A stretch of 64,000 nt of DNA from Ophelia neglecta (GCA_965285935.1 OZ260664.1:19406001-19470000), one strand, 5' to 3'. Counted from the stretch's first letter, positions 1-14,710 are shown. Numbers and translations are program-made. The notes: generated by a model not told the origin, from the sequence alone.

Positions 1-3000
1 GTCTTTTCTCATGGAAATAAGATGGCGAATTCGATTTTAACCGCAGTTTCATTGAAGCACTCATTTTTTTCTGTTGGATTGGTACTTCTTGAACTAACTT
101 ACAGTTCAGCACTGACTGCCATGTATACTCCGTTTACTATCTGAATATTCTCTTCTCGAAGTTTAACCTTAATTAAAAACTTGAACGCGATCATGTTTGA
201 AATTACCTGCCTTTGTGGCTCTATTTGAAATCGATACTCTTTCTGGCAAGGGTAAACTCCATTAGAAGAGAGTGGTTTATTCCGGTGAATGCCATAAATA
301 TGTCATACTAAGCCTTTTTTATTGACAGACAGCCCAGTGAGTTCTTCACTGCCTTAATGAGCCCATGTGCCATCCAGACATGGTTGCCTTAGTACTTTTC
401 TCAATTTAGAAATCTTATTTCAGTATCACGTTTTAACTTTAGTGCTTAGTGTGCCGTGGCATGCCAAAACAAATCAATACAAATACACTTGTGTGTTAAC
501 ACACGCTAACTGTCAAGCTTGTTTGTTGTTATTGGGACTTGCGTGCAACGGTTAAATAGTGCATCTTTCCACGTTTAATGAAGCCTTCATAAGCCATTAC
601 AAACTTTCCTCAACTAAATAATGTATCTAAAGAAACGTCGTCTTGTAAAATCGGTAATGGATAACTGTCAGTTAAAGGAAGATCAGAAATCCACATTATA
701 GCTCGAAGCCGATTCAATGTTAACATAAACAAACTTCATCAGATACAATAATGACGCCACTAATGTGATTATCACAACAACCATTTATTTGTCATTTCAT
801 CACGTATAGCTAAAATGATAAGTTTTCTCAGCACATAGGACTAGGGATTGGCCAAACCCATTAAACTCCCATGAATCATATTACAAGAAAAAAACTGATT
901 ATTTTGAAGGCCACTTGAATGAAACTTGGATTGTTTTTGCTCTTTATGGTTCTTTATTGGGAGTTTTACATTTACTGTTCCAAAGACAGATGGACCTAGT
1001 GCTATTCACGACCACATGATTTTCAGTTTAATCTAACCTTGGTTTTACAGTCTTTAAAGGGGGCTATGACGGCTCTACGCTGGAGAATTAAAAAAAATAA
1101 ACGTATATAAAACGTGGTAAAATGGAGGATATTCACACATGTAAATTTCAACTGATCAGCCAGTCGTTTTGAGCAGCAATTTTGCTGCTCTCCGTTGATT
1201 GAAGGGTACCACATTCCTCCCGGCAGATTCAACTTTAACTTGTAAACATTACTCGAACAACAACTAATCAATTTAGCAAAATATCATTGAATCTGGTAAA
1301 CAACACATAAAGATGGAACAACGTGTTGCAACATATATTTTTTAGTCAAACAGTAAAATCGAGCACAGAAATGATAGACCGTAAGAGATAAAATTGAATT
1401 ATTGACGTTGTCAACACGAATCATTCTAAAATGAAACTATTGGCGAAACAAAGTTACGAAACATCAGGAAAATAATAACAGAATCTTAATGTAATATAAA
1501 AATAAGGCATCAACCGAAATCGTTGTTTAATCCATAATGATATGGTGTCGGAAAAGACTTGATTGCCAATAAGGTGGGTTTGGTAGAGAAGGCAACGATC
1601 ATGCTTTTACTTCCCTCCCCATTAGCGATTAATTGAAAAACAGTCATAGAACAGGTTGTTGCTTTCCGATTTGACTTAAACCCTCATATGTTACCAAAAT
1701 ATTAGGTAGTTTGAGATTATCGTACATATTTTCCATTCGAATTATCAGTTCATGTCAGTTTTATTTTCTTTCCTTCGTTATACAATTTTGACCTATGGGG
1801 ATTTTTAAATGTTGCTTTTCTGAGAGGTTTTGACAGAAGTAGCCATGATCCAACAAACACTAGTCGACTAAATCCTACTAGTACATGACACTTAATTCAT
1901 AAAGTATGCGTAATCGCAGAGCCTCGCAGTGATGGCTCACTTTAAGTTGCAAGGTATTTGACCAAAATAAACAAAAATTGAATCATTAGGATTTGTTTTA
2001 CCGTTATGGTGGTTTTAAAGCAGCGCGGTCAAGAATCAAACAAAATAGCTCATGAGTTTTACCAATTGTATTTATCGATCTCACACGGTATGTACTTCTA
2101 GGTCTTTGTAAGTAGGTTTGCCAAAATCTCCCCTGTGTACAACACGAAATCATTCGGTCGGAAATGATGACAGCCACAGTTGTCAATAAATGACTGACAT
2201 ATTACCGTAGAGACACGATGTTCCCGCTTGCAGATGTGGATTGAAGGAACTTAATCATTTCTTTCGTTTGTATAGTGCTAGGAGGCCATTCACCTCTCAA
2301 TCAAATTAAAGATATGTACTGGTCTGCGGTGATGTAGGGCTGCTATATTACTGGGAAATTGACAGGTGCAAAGATTGTGGTACGAACTGATGCCTCATTC
2401 TCCTTGTATAAGGCCGTCATAGGGCATATTATTGCTCTAAAATATGTAGTAGATTTAGTTCTATATTTATGTTTCATTTTCATTAAATAGCAAAAAAATG
2501 AACAGACACTACCTAAGATTTTGTTATTTGCCAGTTTTACAACTAAAAGATGCCACTGACAACTCCGATGGTTTTTCTTATTTTCTTTGAGGACAAAACT
2601 GGCCTTCCAGTTAAAGCCAACTCCTGTCAACAACAGCTATTTCAGGTGATTTCGGAAACTGTTCAATTTTAGATTCTGTACACCAGTCATAACTGACTCT
2701 CTTAGTAATGACACACAGTTTTCCAAATTTATATGAAAGACATGTGGCCAAGTTGTTATAGAGTGCTATCCTCGACTTCATTAATAATCAACAACCATGA
2801 AAAAAACATCTCAAAGGTCCTTAATACAGGGAACATATGGACAACATACCGTCAAATTAGATACATATAACAAGTATGTATAAAAAGTATGCACATTTAT
2901 TCCCTGTTGGATTGGCTTGAAGCCTTGAAAACAGAGGTAGGAAGGCGTATTAATAACTTCCATTACATGATTGTCAAACCACCTGCTCATTCTTTCGGTT

Positions 3001-5392
3001 GAGAAGGCAATCAACATTGTTGTATTTATCACATTTGCAATAAGTATTAGCCCAACGCTTTGTCTAAAGAATTGGTTCTTCCCATTATAAATAACCAATT
3101 CAATTACATCTATGAATCGTTTAATTCATTAGAGAGCTTCATCTCTGCTTAAGAGAGCTTAATTCATGTAAGTAATTTCTTATTAATTTCAAACCGTTAT
3201 TTACTGTTGAGGTGCAGATGGTTAGTGTTTAGCGGCTTCTAGCTGGCAGTTCCCGATGATTTCGAACCGTTTTGTTAATACTAGCAACATGTCAGTAACT
3301 TGAAGCAAATCATTTAACGATGCTGTTTATAAAAAAATGTCCTGGTTCGAAATGCGTTGAGCTTTTAACTTTCCTAAAGGGAATAGAATTCTTGAAAAGT
3401 TAGCTTTCGCTATGGGATGACTTAGAAGAGACGAGAATAAAGTAAGTTAAGCCAATTGCCCCGATGTTTTCATCCATGGGAAAATTGCCGACAACAGGGG
3501 CACATTCGCAAACTAGAAAAATAACTGCTACTATAAATCTTCGCATTCTCCTTAACTCCTTACAAAGACCTTGTGGCATTTTAACAGCTCTCTTAGCTTC
3601 ATAAGTAAACGATGTACGTGACTTATTTATGTATTGCAGCACTGACGAGGAAAAGCCCTCCTGAGGCGACTGTGAAACACTTAATGTCTAAGGTCGAACA
3701 ATAAATACCTATAAAGCTCTTCCTGTTTCATCAAGGCTTGGCACTAGCTCCTTTATCTTATAAAGGAATCTCAGTATCCGCGAGAGGGTTACATTGCATC
3801 GGCCTATAAAAAGGCAATAACGAGAAGAGGGAGAAAAAAAATCTTTAGATGCACACAAGACATATGTTCAATGGTCTGGTGGCATGGCTCAGCGGTATAA
3901 GCAGCGTGTCCGGCAACATCGGATATCTGATTCAGACATATTTGAAAGTAATCGTGCTTCCGCTCAAATCTGCATGCACAGACAATTTTTATTATGTTTC
4001 TCTGGTGCAACACCACACCTCGGATAGCTGGGCAGTAAGTTGAGAAAATAGAGCTCGAGAACTGTTGAATAATAACAAGGTGCAGATCTATTTTTTCCGT
4101 GACCTTTAAAAGAGATGCAGCGGCGTCTGTATTGAGATACCTCATAAAGTAGTATTTTAGCTGCACAAATATCACGCACCACTGCATAATCCACATCCAG
4201 GACAGTCATTGTCGAAAACAGGTCACATGATAGGCGTCAGATATTAGCGAAAATAATTACCAACACCGACAAATAATCACTGTGTCGTGCACGTGCATGC
4301 AAAACAATGATATAAAGATTTGTTGAATTTATGGTTCCCAAAAGTGCTTTCACTGTCACCAGACCGTTTGTACGTGAGAAACGTAGTGCTGCCTACGCGC
4401 AATATGTTGTCGGGTCCATTAATGGCTAGAAAAACAAATGATGGTGCGGTTGTGTCAATGGTCGTTTTGGGCATATTATATATCCACCCATATAGACGAA
4501 TACCGATCATTATATATTATATCTAGGGCCCTCGAGCACAAATCGGATATATCAAACAGTTCGGCCTTATTTGGGCCATATATTCGCTGTTCTATGCAAA
4601 GGAAATTGCAGAAGTAACTAGACGAGCAAGAACGTAGTATTTTTAATTCTAGACGGTTGAATTCATAAGCCTAAGTGTGTATTGTGTGCACTATAACTAC
4701 TAATGCCACATGTACATCCCTTGTGACATAGCAAATTTGAGGCACGACCCTTATTTTCGTTCTCTTTCCCAATACTCGACCAAGAGGCACGTTTGAGCAT
4801 TTATTGGGGAAAAAAGTAAGAAGACCCGTAGTATAATTTTTAAGCGAACATTGTATACTTCAATTTACTTAATAGCTGCATTAGCCCTTGAGTTTTCTAG
4901 GCTCGAATCATGAAACACTATTGCCTGATTCTCATTGCAAGTTATATCAATTGTACTTTTTTTTATCATATATTCAATAACAGGCTTATTTACAGTTGGG
5001 GAACTTGGCATTGACAAGGGGCGTGGTGAACCTTTGTTTTGAATTTCCAGACCGGAACCCTGATATATTATAGTTTCTATGCCGGTGTACCTTAAATACT
5101 TATGTTTCAAGACCAGGAGACTCGTGGGTCGCGGTTAGGGTCAGTTGATGTAGTACGAGTAGCCAGTACATTCCCAATACTTTTACACCGGTAACATAAT
5201 GGCCACAAGGTATATATTTAACAAAGTAAAAAATGTCTCATTACAAAGGCAGACATAGCTGTACTTGTCCTCTATCAGAAAATCAGATGGAACTCCTTAA
5301 ATAACTGAGAAATATTAAAATGATTATAACTGACTTCATCGCTCGAGCATTAAACTTAATATCTCAAGGACGGTATAATCAGGGTACATGGA

Positions 5393-5590
5393 GTGCCACA
5401 AGCGTGGCCGAGTGGTTAGGGTCTCCTCCTCGCAAGTGGTGGATCGGGGTTCGAATCTCGATCGCGTCAAACCCAAGACGTAAAAAACTGTACTGATAGC
5501 TGCCCTGCCAGGCGCCCGGTATTTCGGGGGTAGTATCGGGACTGGTCAACCATGTGTCAATATAATGTGATTTGGTGGGGTTCCTTGTCA
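5393..5590 (+). mobile_element. tRNA-derived SINE with Meta-domain-like core (MetaSINE-type)
   Basis: It has a Pol III A box TGGCCGAGTGG (about 5405-5415) and a B box GGTTCGAATCT (about 5448-5458). These are followed by GTCAAACCCAAGACGTAAAAAACTGTACTGATAGCTGCCCTGCCAGGCGC and GACTGG..GTGTCAATATAATGTGA, which resemble the Meta core as I recall it. No clean tRNA cloverleaf or terminator. Confidence 0.72.
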
Positions 5591-8500
5591 ATAACAGTTC
5601 TCCGTTGGCATTTCGGGTAACGTCGGCTCGAGAGTTTAGCCTAGAATGGAATTATTCATTGGTCAAAACGCTTCATAGTCATTGTTGATCCGAAGTTTGT
5701 ATGGACAAACGGTGCTTAATTGACCCAACAAACTTTCACGCGAGCACCAACAATGCCGTGAATGGCTTTCCTGGACAACTCACCTCTGTCACACACCAAA
5801 ATACTCATATACTTAAGTGTAACAGCATTTTAAATGAAGAACGTTTCTGAATTACAGCCCCTGCTTGCCTTTAAAAATAAATGCGTGTACTTATGTATCA
5901 CGACCTATATCGGATATGCAGAGTTTTATTTCTTGATTTTTTTTATTTCTTTATGTGAAGTTACAAGTGTGGTTTACAAATGTTTGTGTTCTCATTTTGC
6001 TGCCTAGTTGGACTACATTCTTGAATACAACACAATCTACTAGGGCATTTGGTCATTCGGCTTCATGATTTATGACACGAGTCTCTTCCTTGTGCTTCGG
6101 AAGTCATGGAGACCATACCTCCTCAAGGGGAATTGACTAATGCTCCCTTATGGGAATCTTGGCCGTCACCAAGTGTGAAAGGACCATGATAAATGTTGTC
6201 ATAAGGGAGTACTTGTGACCTGAAATGTGCTCCCGGATCCGTGGACGATTAAAATACGCATTACACGGACGCTCATATCGGAATGGGCTTTTGATTCATT
6301 TTCCAGCAGGAACCAGATGATCACAAGAAAATCAATGCCGTTTGTAGATTGCTTCAATTGGAGCATGGCTGATCACATTTTTATCAACATTTCCTCCTCG
6401 AGGTCGATTGATGATGTATATAGCTCAGCAAGAAGGACGATATCAATACTTATTGGCCAGAAGTGTAATTTGTAAATGCACGCTCCAAGTACAAAAGGAA
6501 ATTCTAACATCTAAAAGTTTTATTCTGCCTACAGTTATTTCATAAAATGCTTACACTTTACTGTTAAAGACAGAATATTCACAAATAAAGTCATGGCATG
6601 CACTCACGTTGACTTAATATTGTTCTTTTAACACGTCAAATGCCGGCTTATTGCGAATGTCGTATCCTTACAATAAATCGGCCAAAGTGTATAGGATATT
6701 TTGCTTCATTGCGCCATTTTCATCTTCCCGGTCCTGTCAGCTGATTGCCGATTGTATGAACAACAATTACGTTTTGCAGCTCAATGCTGTATACAAGTGA
6801 TGTTGCGTGTGAGGCCTTTCTAGCTTAGACAGGAGAAAACTCCCGGCTTGTCTAGTTAACTCTCATGGACTTCCTTTTAGTGAGGTAGAGTTGCCTTAGT
6901 TAAGTTAATTGCTCAAGAATTGAGAAGAAGCATTTTCTCCACTAGGATATTCAAGGAGATGTGTGCGAGTCTTCTGATAACATGACATCTATAATTTAGC
7001 CTCACCTAAAGGCATTTAATCGAGGGACGGCTTGCATAAGTGCGATTATTATTATTGGTATATTAATTTTATTATATTAATTCCAAGAGTACATTGGACC
7101 GGGGGTACAGTTTAGACACATTTATTGGCCCAAGCAGGTTAAGATTGAGTTGTCTATAATTCTACAGCTTGAGGCCAATTGTAAATTCATGCTAGTTTCA
7201 ACTTACATCAGGCTACTTTTAGTGTTTTTTCAAAGAGTTTCGTCATCGGTATCTATCGATTTGATTTGTTCATTTCATTCCTTCTGTCTAGGAGAGTAAC
7301 ACGCATATATATTAATGATAATACAGTTAACAAAAGTTCATTTCTGATATAATATAATAATAGACATATTCATGTTGCTGTTAATCTGTTTTACATTTAA
7401 AAAGATATATAATTCAGGCACATTATTCCATGTATAGATACAGTTAAATTACTCAGGGAGAGAATGCCTGCCGTGGATAATCGATATTTTCCGATTGCAG
7501 TTGATTAACTACCATGCGGCGAGTTTTATAGAGGACTATATATCGATGCTTTTTACTAAACGCCTGTTTGTAAGGCAATAAATACCGATAAACATAGCCA
7601 CTGTAACAGTAAATTGCTTAGCCCTTTTAACCTGTTTTCTCGCAACCAACAGCCGAGAGTATCTCCCCTTTCGCCAACGCTATTCTTTTTGCATTCTTTG
7701 TGATGATTGGCGTGTGCGTCGTTTGGTAATTAGCAAGTGTTTGGGGTAACTGCTGCATGGTTTTTTGTGAAAGGATGGAATTCATCACATGCAATACCAA
7801 TGTCTGTATTCGCAGAAATAGTCTGTGAGAGAAACGCTCTGAAGGCTTATACGAGGGGTAACATCTATAACTACAGTAATAATCTCTTGGCTTGAGGCTT
7901 CCTTCCTATTTGAAAAGTATACAAATACGTTAGCATATTCCATTAGTTCGAAATATATTTCGGACCTTCAGTTAAACCATAGCGAAGTTTGATTGTAGAA
8001 TATATATTAATTCATTAAGCTGACATTTCGAGAAATAAATATCTAGGTGGTATTGCCATAAACTAAATTATTTATATAATAAAAGTTTTAGGATCATTAT
8101 GATTCATCAGGTTCATAAAAAAGATGCTGTGTTTTCTTCATTTTTTAATTTAAATCATGAAAATTTGCTTCTCGAAAAAAAGGGCCTGAACGAACTTTTG
8201 CCTGCGTTGACCTTCTTTCCCCAGATTATCACTTTTCAGTATCACTCACTGTATGGTGTTCACCATTAATATTGTAATACCAGTAGTTTACACTTTAAAA
8301 ATAGACAATCTGAACATTTTGATATGTACGAACCCATAACATTTACTTTTACTTAAAAAACTACAATCTGCTAGCGGATGGATAAATTTAATTGCTATAT
8401 TAAACCCAATTGCAATCTATGGCAGGAGATTGCCGTAAGTACATAATCCAAGTGCCAAGTGTATTTATCATATCGTTGTTATTACGACTAGAAGAAATCA

Positions 8501-9872
8501 CAATTAGGGACAAAAATCATTGTAATTCACTGACACACTGGTTGTATGTGTGATGTGCATAAAATGTATACATGTTAGGAGTATAACATTCCTTGAAAAC
8601 ATTTTTTATTGCGTTGAATACTTTCAGTATACAAATAAGTCGAGTGTTGACAACAAAGCCTCTTTTACATTAGTACGGTTAACAATTTTACTAAAAACTA
8701 GTTGATAGAAAAAGACCCATGGCAAGCGGATTGAACTCGTATGATATCATGTTCCCTGGCGTTACGCGCTCGGGCGATAGGGAAAGCTATAACAGTTCGT
8801 CGTAAATGTTTATTCTTTGGCTATACCTTTGGTGAATTAGGCTCCAATATTAATCGGACAACCAACCGATCCAAAGCGTCTGCTACCAAAGGCGTGGGCA
8901 TTATCAGGACAAAAACGTCAAAACTGGGTCTGCTCTTAAACTGCCTCCTGCCAGTGGGGCCTCATTTTTTGACATAAAGGGAATGGCTTTGTCACTATTG
9001 CTTGCCACTTGAATATACAAAGATTGCAATTAAAGGCATGTTGCGTGTGGAGCTATTTCCATTAAACAAACCTTTAAAATTAAGGGTGAATATTGTGCTC
9101 AGTCAGAGACCAAAAACTTGGAACATACAAGATACAGGGTTTTCTGTAAAACATTGCTTTCACACAGGTCATTCGTTCCACTTGAAAGTAGTCGATTGTC
9201 AATTTAAGTTGTATTCTAACGAACAAAATACTGAAATATTATATATTCCTATATACCTATTTACTTATTAATGTTGCGATCGTCCACATTTTTACTTTGT
9301 TCTCCTGTCATTAATGACTCTATTAATTTGCCAGTATTTCAGGATAGGATAGATTGAGGATAATTGCAGCGTCTCTGGCATGGACATTTGGAGTTATGTA
9401 TTAATGTTTTTATACATAACTCCTGTACGCCCACTGACTGATCATCAAATTGCCTGGCTATTGCCTACAATAAAGCCCGAATCTGACAGTAAAAGATTTG
9501 GTACAGATTTATTTAACCGTTTTTGATAAATGATTTTTGTTCCTGTCGTCTATTCTATTGGGAACAATGAGCAAACGCATGTATCAATAGAATCATTGGC
9601 CTGCACTAAACACACTAGTATGTTTACAGACGAGTGAGAAAATCAGAAAAAAAACCCTTGGGAAGCTTGGGCCGACATGAGCTGGGCTGTTTACGGGTCC
9701 TTTCATTATTCAGACTTGAAAGGGAGCATGCTCGCTGATTATGGACCCGAAAGGCAATAACAGGGCATCGCCCCGCGCATAAATGTTATGACGTAATATT
9801 GGACCATAGAACATCATTCATTCTCATTCCTCATGCGTGTGCTTGTCAAGTCCTTAGTACCAGATATAGGGT

Positions 9873-9889
9873 GGGGGGGGGGGGGGGGG
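9873..9889. repeat. G17 homopolymer (one of six long G/C runs in the window)
   Basis: Directly visible. The others are at 11272-11284, 16209-16229, 32436-32452, 54183-54195 and 58739-58754. Confidence 0.9.
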
Positions 9890-10284
9890 TTCTAATAATC
9901 GTATTCCTGGTCAATTGACACCATACTTTTCTTGAATTTGCCTTTATACCCATTGATTCCTGCTCCAATACATATATCCAGCTAAAGTACAGTCAGGATA
10001 TTTGCATAAGTAGGGTTTTCTACTGGTTTGTGATGCATCATTTTTTTTGCTATCTAGCGTTCAAATCATGCATGCATGTAAAAAATATGTATTTTGAAGG
10101 GGACTTCTCTAAGCAGCCGACAGACATTGATTATGTAATGGATAAGCTCGTGAGGTGTCTTTTCAAATGAGTCATCACATGTAATAAGGAAGAAATGGTT
10201 TAATATGAATCGGATGACTTTCAATGGAGTTTTTCTGACCATTAGACATATGATTACAGAATGGATTATCTGAGGATGGCTTTC

Positions 10285-10334
10285 CAAATGACAGAGTAAC
10301 CAAGTGCAAATGACAGAGTAACCAAGTGCAAATG
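10285..10334. repeat. Perfect tandem duplication of a 22-bp unit (2.3 copies)
   Basis: CAAATGACAGAGTAACCAAGTG x2 followed by CAAATG. Confidence 0.92.
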
Positions 10335-13300
10335 TATGTAACCAAGCCGATAATCAACTTGATTGCTTGATTTGACTTTACCAATCTCAGCCTGTCAGTT
10401 ATCTTCACATCCATTTTACTATAGTGTTGTTAATTAGCAATCAGCGCACCGCAGACGAATCAACTCACTCTATAGTCAGCGAATGAAGCAAAGGATAGTG
10501 TGTAGTATGTCAACGCACAACCTATGCCAAATTTGTAGTTTCTTGCAGACGAGTTTTGTATAGATTTGAATTTTCCAAAAGCACAGCTTCTGTTTAAGAG
10601 CAAAAACGAGCCATTAAAACGACGCGTTCATCGTCGAACTTGAATGTAGGGTACGATAAGCACACACTGTGAAAGCCTCCCTGACCAGAGTAACATGGCT
10701 TAGTAGGTGTACCTATTATTATGTTTCTTTTTTCATGTTTATAAGGACTGTTCTTTGAATGGAGTGGCCTTCAATACACCTGCCTCTAATCAGTGGATAA
10801 AACGTCCAAGACAATTATAACGGATACATGAAATTGATTTAAGGTAGTCTCACGGGACAAGAGTTGTGATGTCTTCAGGGTACTTCTTGCCTACGGCTGA
10901 CATGTAATGGGCATTTTATTCGTCAATGGGTCCTGCATCTAGCCGCTGGTGACAAGCACCCCCAAGGTCCACATTCATCACACTCCTTCACTCGCTGTGA
11001 AAAATTGGATATCCTCAAGGTATAATTAGTCATATCAGCTTGACTAGGATTGGTCTCCATAAAGTCTGATGTGTCAGGAAGAGGTACTCCTATCTCGTAT
11101 GTTAATACGACCATGGTGGATGGACTTTTTAGTGTTATCGTCTTCAATGTAATTTGGTCCATGTAATGTAGGGCCGAATATTCTAACCTCCCGCATCCTT
11201 TCCCAAAAATTTTTCCGAAGCTGTGTCCGAGGATGTTTTGTGAAAACTAAATAGGCTGAGGGAAGGAAGGCGGGGGGGGGGGGGATTTTGCTAAAAGGTG
11301 GAGTTGTGGAGGCTAGGCGGGCCGAGGTCATATATAGTTGTGCCATACATGACGTCTAACGTGTGAAGAAGAATTAGGACTGGGGTAAAGTTCATTCTAA
11401 GCTAAGAGAGTCAGCGTGTTTCTCGTATAGTTTTATGTTCTTATTTCAGGTTTCACCCTCGCCTCCCCACATCCACATTTATCAAAAGTCAAACTTACCC
11501 AGCCCGGTAGAATCTGTAACTGAGATGCAATCAGCCTCGGAACAATAAACAACAGACAATTGTGTGATACAATTACCTTATCCATTAACCCAATGAAGAT
11601 TGCTAAATAACGTTAAAATGAAGTACATAAACATGCCACAATTGCTGCTATGTGTATTTGCAAACCAAACCAGCAAATATTAGGCTACCTGTTTTGCTCA
11701 CCGCACAATGAGGACTTCTCATTGATATCTTTCTTTTTTTTGCCGCACTCCATCTAGCGTGGTAGACCGTGACTTTTAAGGATTATATGTAACATAAAAG
11801 TCGTATAATAACTGAAGAACGCAATAAGTTCCGGCCTTGTAAATAAAGCAATATATTTATTTGTACGATAAAGGGAAACGACCTATTGTTAGCGACACAA
11901 TTATCTAATATTGTATGCTCATTTCTTCTCGATTAAGACGTATAGAAGATTTAACTTCATTTAATAACAAAGACTTCAGCTAATATTTCAGTGAAATTTA
12001 TCTGTTATGCTGTCTCCTTTAGACTGCTCGTGTGTGGGTTCTAGCTGCCATTGCTTTAAAACCTACGCAGTAAAGGACTGCACTGGGTTTGAGTGATCAA
12101 TCCCCCTCATCTGCTCAACATACTGATATAATATCATATGGTGCAGATGAAGGCGCTCAATCACAGTATCAGCGTAGCTGGTTCACTTTATAAATATAAC
12201 ATCGTACTGCACTATCGAGGAGATTTAGTATGTTTTTCTGTTTAGTGCGCAAGTACCTTTTGCATCTGTCTCTTTTCTTGTGTTAATCGAGTCACGGTTT
12301 CCGGCGCCGCGTTGTCGGCACTGTGGGAGATACAAAGGATAGAGCTACAATGCCCTGGTCGCAAGCGTGAAGGGCAGGGCCAGGGACACAGCGTACGAGG
12401 AGCCGGGTACAGGAACCCGTTTTGTGAGATAATTTCATCATAAGACTCAATATTTTGAGTGAGTTTAGATCATAATAGGCTCCCAAGGGCATATTTGACT
12501 TATGTCCTACGTTTACCAATGACTTGTCTGTTTTTCGTTCCCGAATTATGGAAAACTGGTGACTGCTGCTCAATGCAAGTGATAGCAAACTTATCTTATA
12601 AATATATGTTATTTGCATTACAAGTGTTTTTACTAATTTAAATAAAAAATTATACAATTCAAAAATGTACAATTGATTTATTTTGCATAGTAAACTTAAT
12701 TTTATAATAAAAATCGATTGATGGTGTTTGTATTTTCACTTTTTGTCTTTAACTCCAGATTGTCATAAATCCAATTTTTTGCCCCAAACTTCATCTTCTA
12801 ATTAAAATAGTAATCAACGAATAAAGTGTGCAATTAAATTGTTTAAAAGCAGTTTACGAGCCAAACATATTCTGTTATATAACATAGTGGAAATACACAC
12901 ACAATTTCACTGCTTTGGAAATGCCAGTATACGAAATAAGATTTAGTTATATATATATGATTTGAAACTAACGACCAGAATAGGACCAAAACCATGATAA
13001 TTAATTCGACTGATTATGGTTTGTTTTTGTAACGAACGCGCAACTGACAGTTTTGTACCATTAATGTTCCTGGAGGACATACAATACATATACTTTGAAA
13101 AATGTGTTACTGCTGGAAGCTATGTAATTTTAAGTTGTGGCTTATAGTTTTGTGATGTTTTGTTATCACATACCTGGAGAAAAGTTTGTGTTCAACACCA
13201 TGTTTTTATCTTATTATTCATATTTTGGACACGTCATATGTTTAGACGGCATCAAGTGTGATGCGTACACCGTGTAGTTTTATCAATCATATATATTCTA

Positions 13301-14398
13301 TAGCACGACTCCGGCTATAAAATCCCCCTTCTTAATTAAAATTCAGGCAACACTGTGAAGTCGTCTGCTATTTGGGCACTAAGTGTACATTTATATAGCA
13401 CGGCTAATAAAACTAAAGACAAAACACCCTTTAAACCGGTGAGGTCGTGTCAGACCCAAGCGAAATTGTATATATGATATAAACTTAATATTATGCACTT
13501 CTGTTCTATCTCATCTCTATCTTTTCTCAAAACTTATATCCCACTAGCGTCCGAATATGAAGGATTCATGGAAAATTATTGGAAGGATAAAAAACACTCT
13601 GTCTGTGTTTTATTAAGAATTAAATTATTTAGCATTCTTCATAATCGTGTGATTCCATATAAAAAAGAAAAGAAATATTCGAAAAGAATTATACCATTTA
13701 TTTTAGGGAGAAAATGTCGCCGAGCAGGCATAGAGCGTGTTTTGCTGTGGAAAGTAGGGCTACGTATGAAATCTCCTTATTTTCAACCTCGATTTAATCA
13801 TTAATTGACACTTTTATTACTCGATATAGCTTAATCAAAGTTATTCTATACTCCAGTAAATATCTAAATTGCAGGTAAATAAGATGGTGACGGCGCGTGC
13901 ATCTGTCACCATATGAATTGATGTATACATAAAGCTATTCGTATGTATTTTGATATATTACAGGTGTAGAACATGACATATTTAATATTTCGTTTTAAGG
14001 CACATGACATCATTTCTCGTGACATTTTTCTATAGAAATAAACCTACGCTTCTTAACGTGCAGAAAAACGTCAATCTCTCCTTTATAAATGGCAATTGTG
14101 AAAATTGTACGATGATTGCTTTTTATTTGTTAAGTTTAGTTTCAGTGTGGGCCCCTATTGATCACTGAACCCGTTACAACGTTTTATGGCTAAGTTCTTA
14201 GTACTGTCTGTCTACCGTTGACTCAGAGGCAGTAATGCGTTTAGCTTTTGAAGTGCCTTGAAACTGCGACATTAAAATGACTTCTTCCCGCATGTCATTG
14301 GAATCATTTTGATCTTATGAATTTAACTAGGCTACTCATTTGGAATTAAACATCCCACTTGGACACTAATTGTCTGACACTTCGAAAAAGCCAGAACG

Positions 14399-14405
14399 TA
14401 TAAAA
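14399..14405 (+). promoter_or_regulatory. Candidate TATA box
   Basis: TATAAAA lies 28 nt upstream of an Inr-like ACATTC (A at 14427) and 45 nt upstream of the first ATG. An upstream non-coding exon cannot be excluded. Confidence 0.35.
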
Positions 14406-14443
14406 CCGCCGCGAAAACATATAAACATTCTGTGTGGTAATAG

Positions 14444-14710
14444 ATGATAGTCCTTTGCACAATGTACGTGGCGAGTTTGTTGACCTGCATCTGGTTTACG
14501 CTGGCGGCGTTTTCCTGCCCTGTGAAGGGCTTGGTCGTCAACACGACTTCCGGACCCCTGCTGGGAACAGTCTTGTCCGACGGAATTAGGTTCCTTGGAA
14601 TCCCCTACGCCAGTCCCCCACTAGGTTCACTCCGGTTCCGGCCACCTGAGCCTGCAAAGCCGTGGACTGTGGCCAGGAACTCCACTGACTTCGGATATAT
14701 CTGCATGCAG
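14444..14710 (+). CDS. Exon 1 of a cholinesterase-like (type-B carboxylesterase fold) membrane protein; signal peptide plus N-terminal domain
   Basis: MIVLCTMYVASLLTCIWFTLAAFSCPVKG is a hydrophobic signal peptide. It is followed by the family motifs VVNTTSGPLLG, FLGIPYASPPLGSLRFRPPEP and CMQ. The donor CAG|GTATGT is at 14710/14711 (phase 0). The in-frame ATG at 14462 has better context (A at -3) and may be the real start. Confidence 0.88.

Noticed and set aside
5393-5470. tRNA gene
   Set aside because: It has A/B boxes but no convincing acceptor or anticodon stems, and it runs into a SINE core; called as a SINE head.
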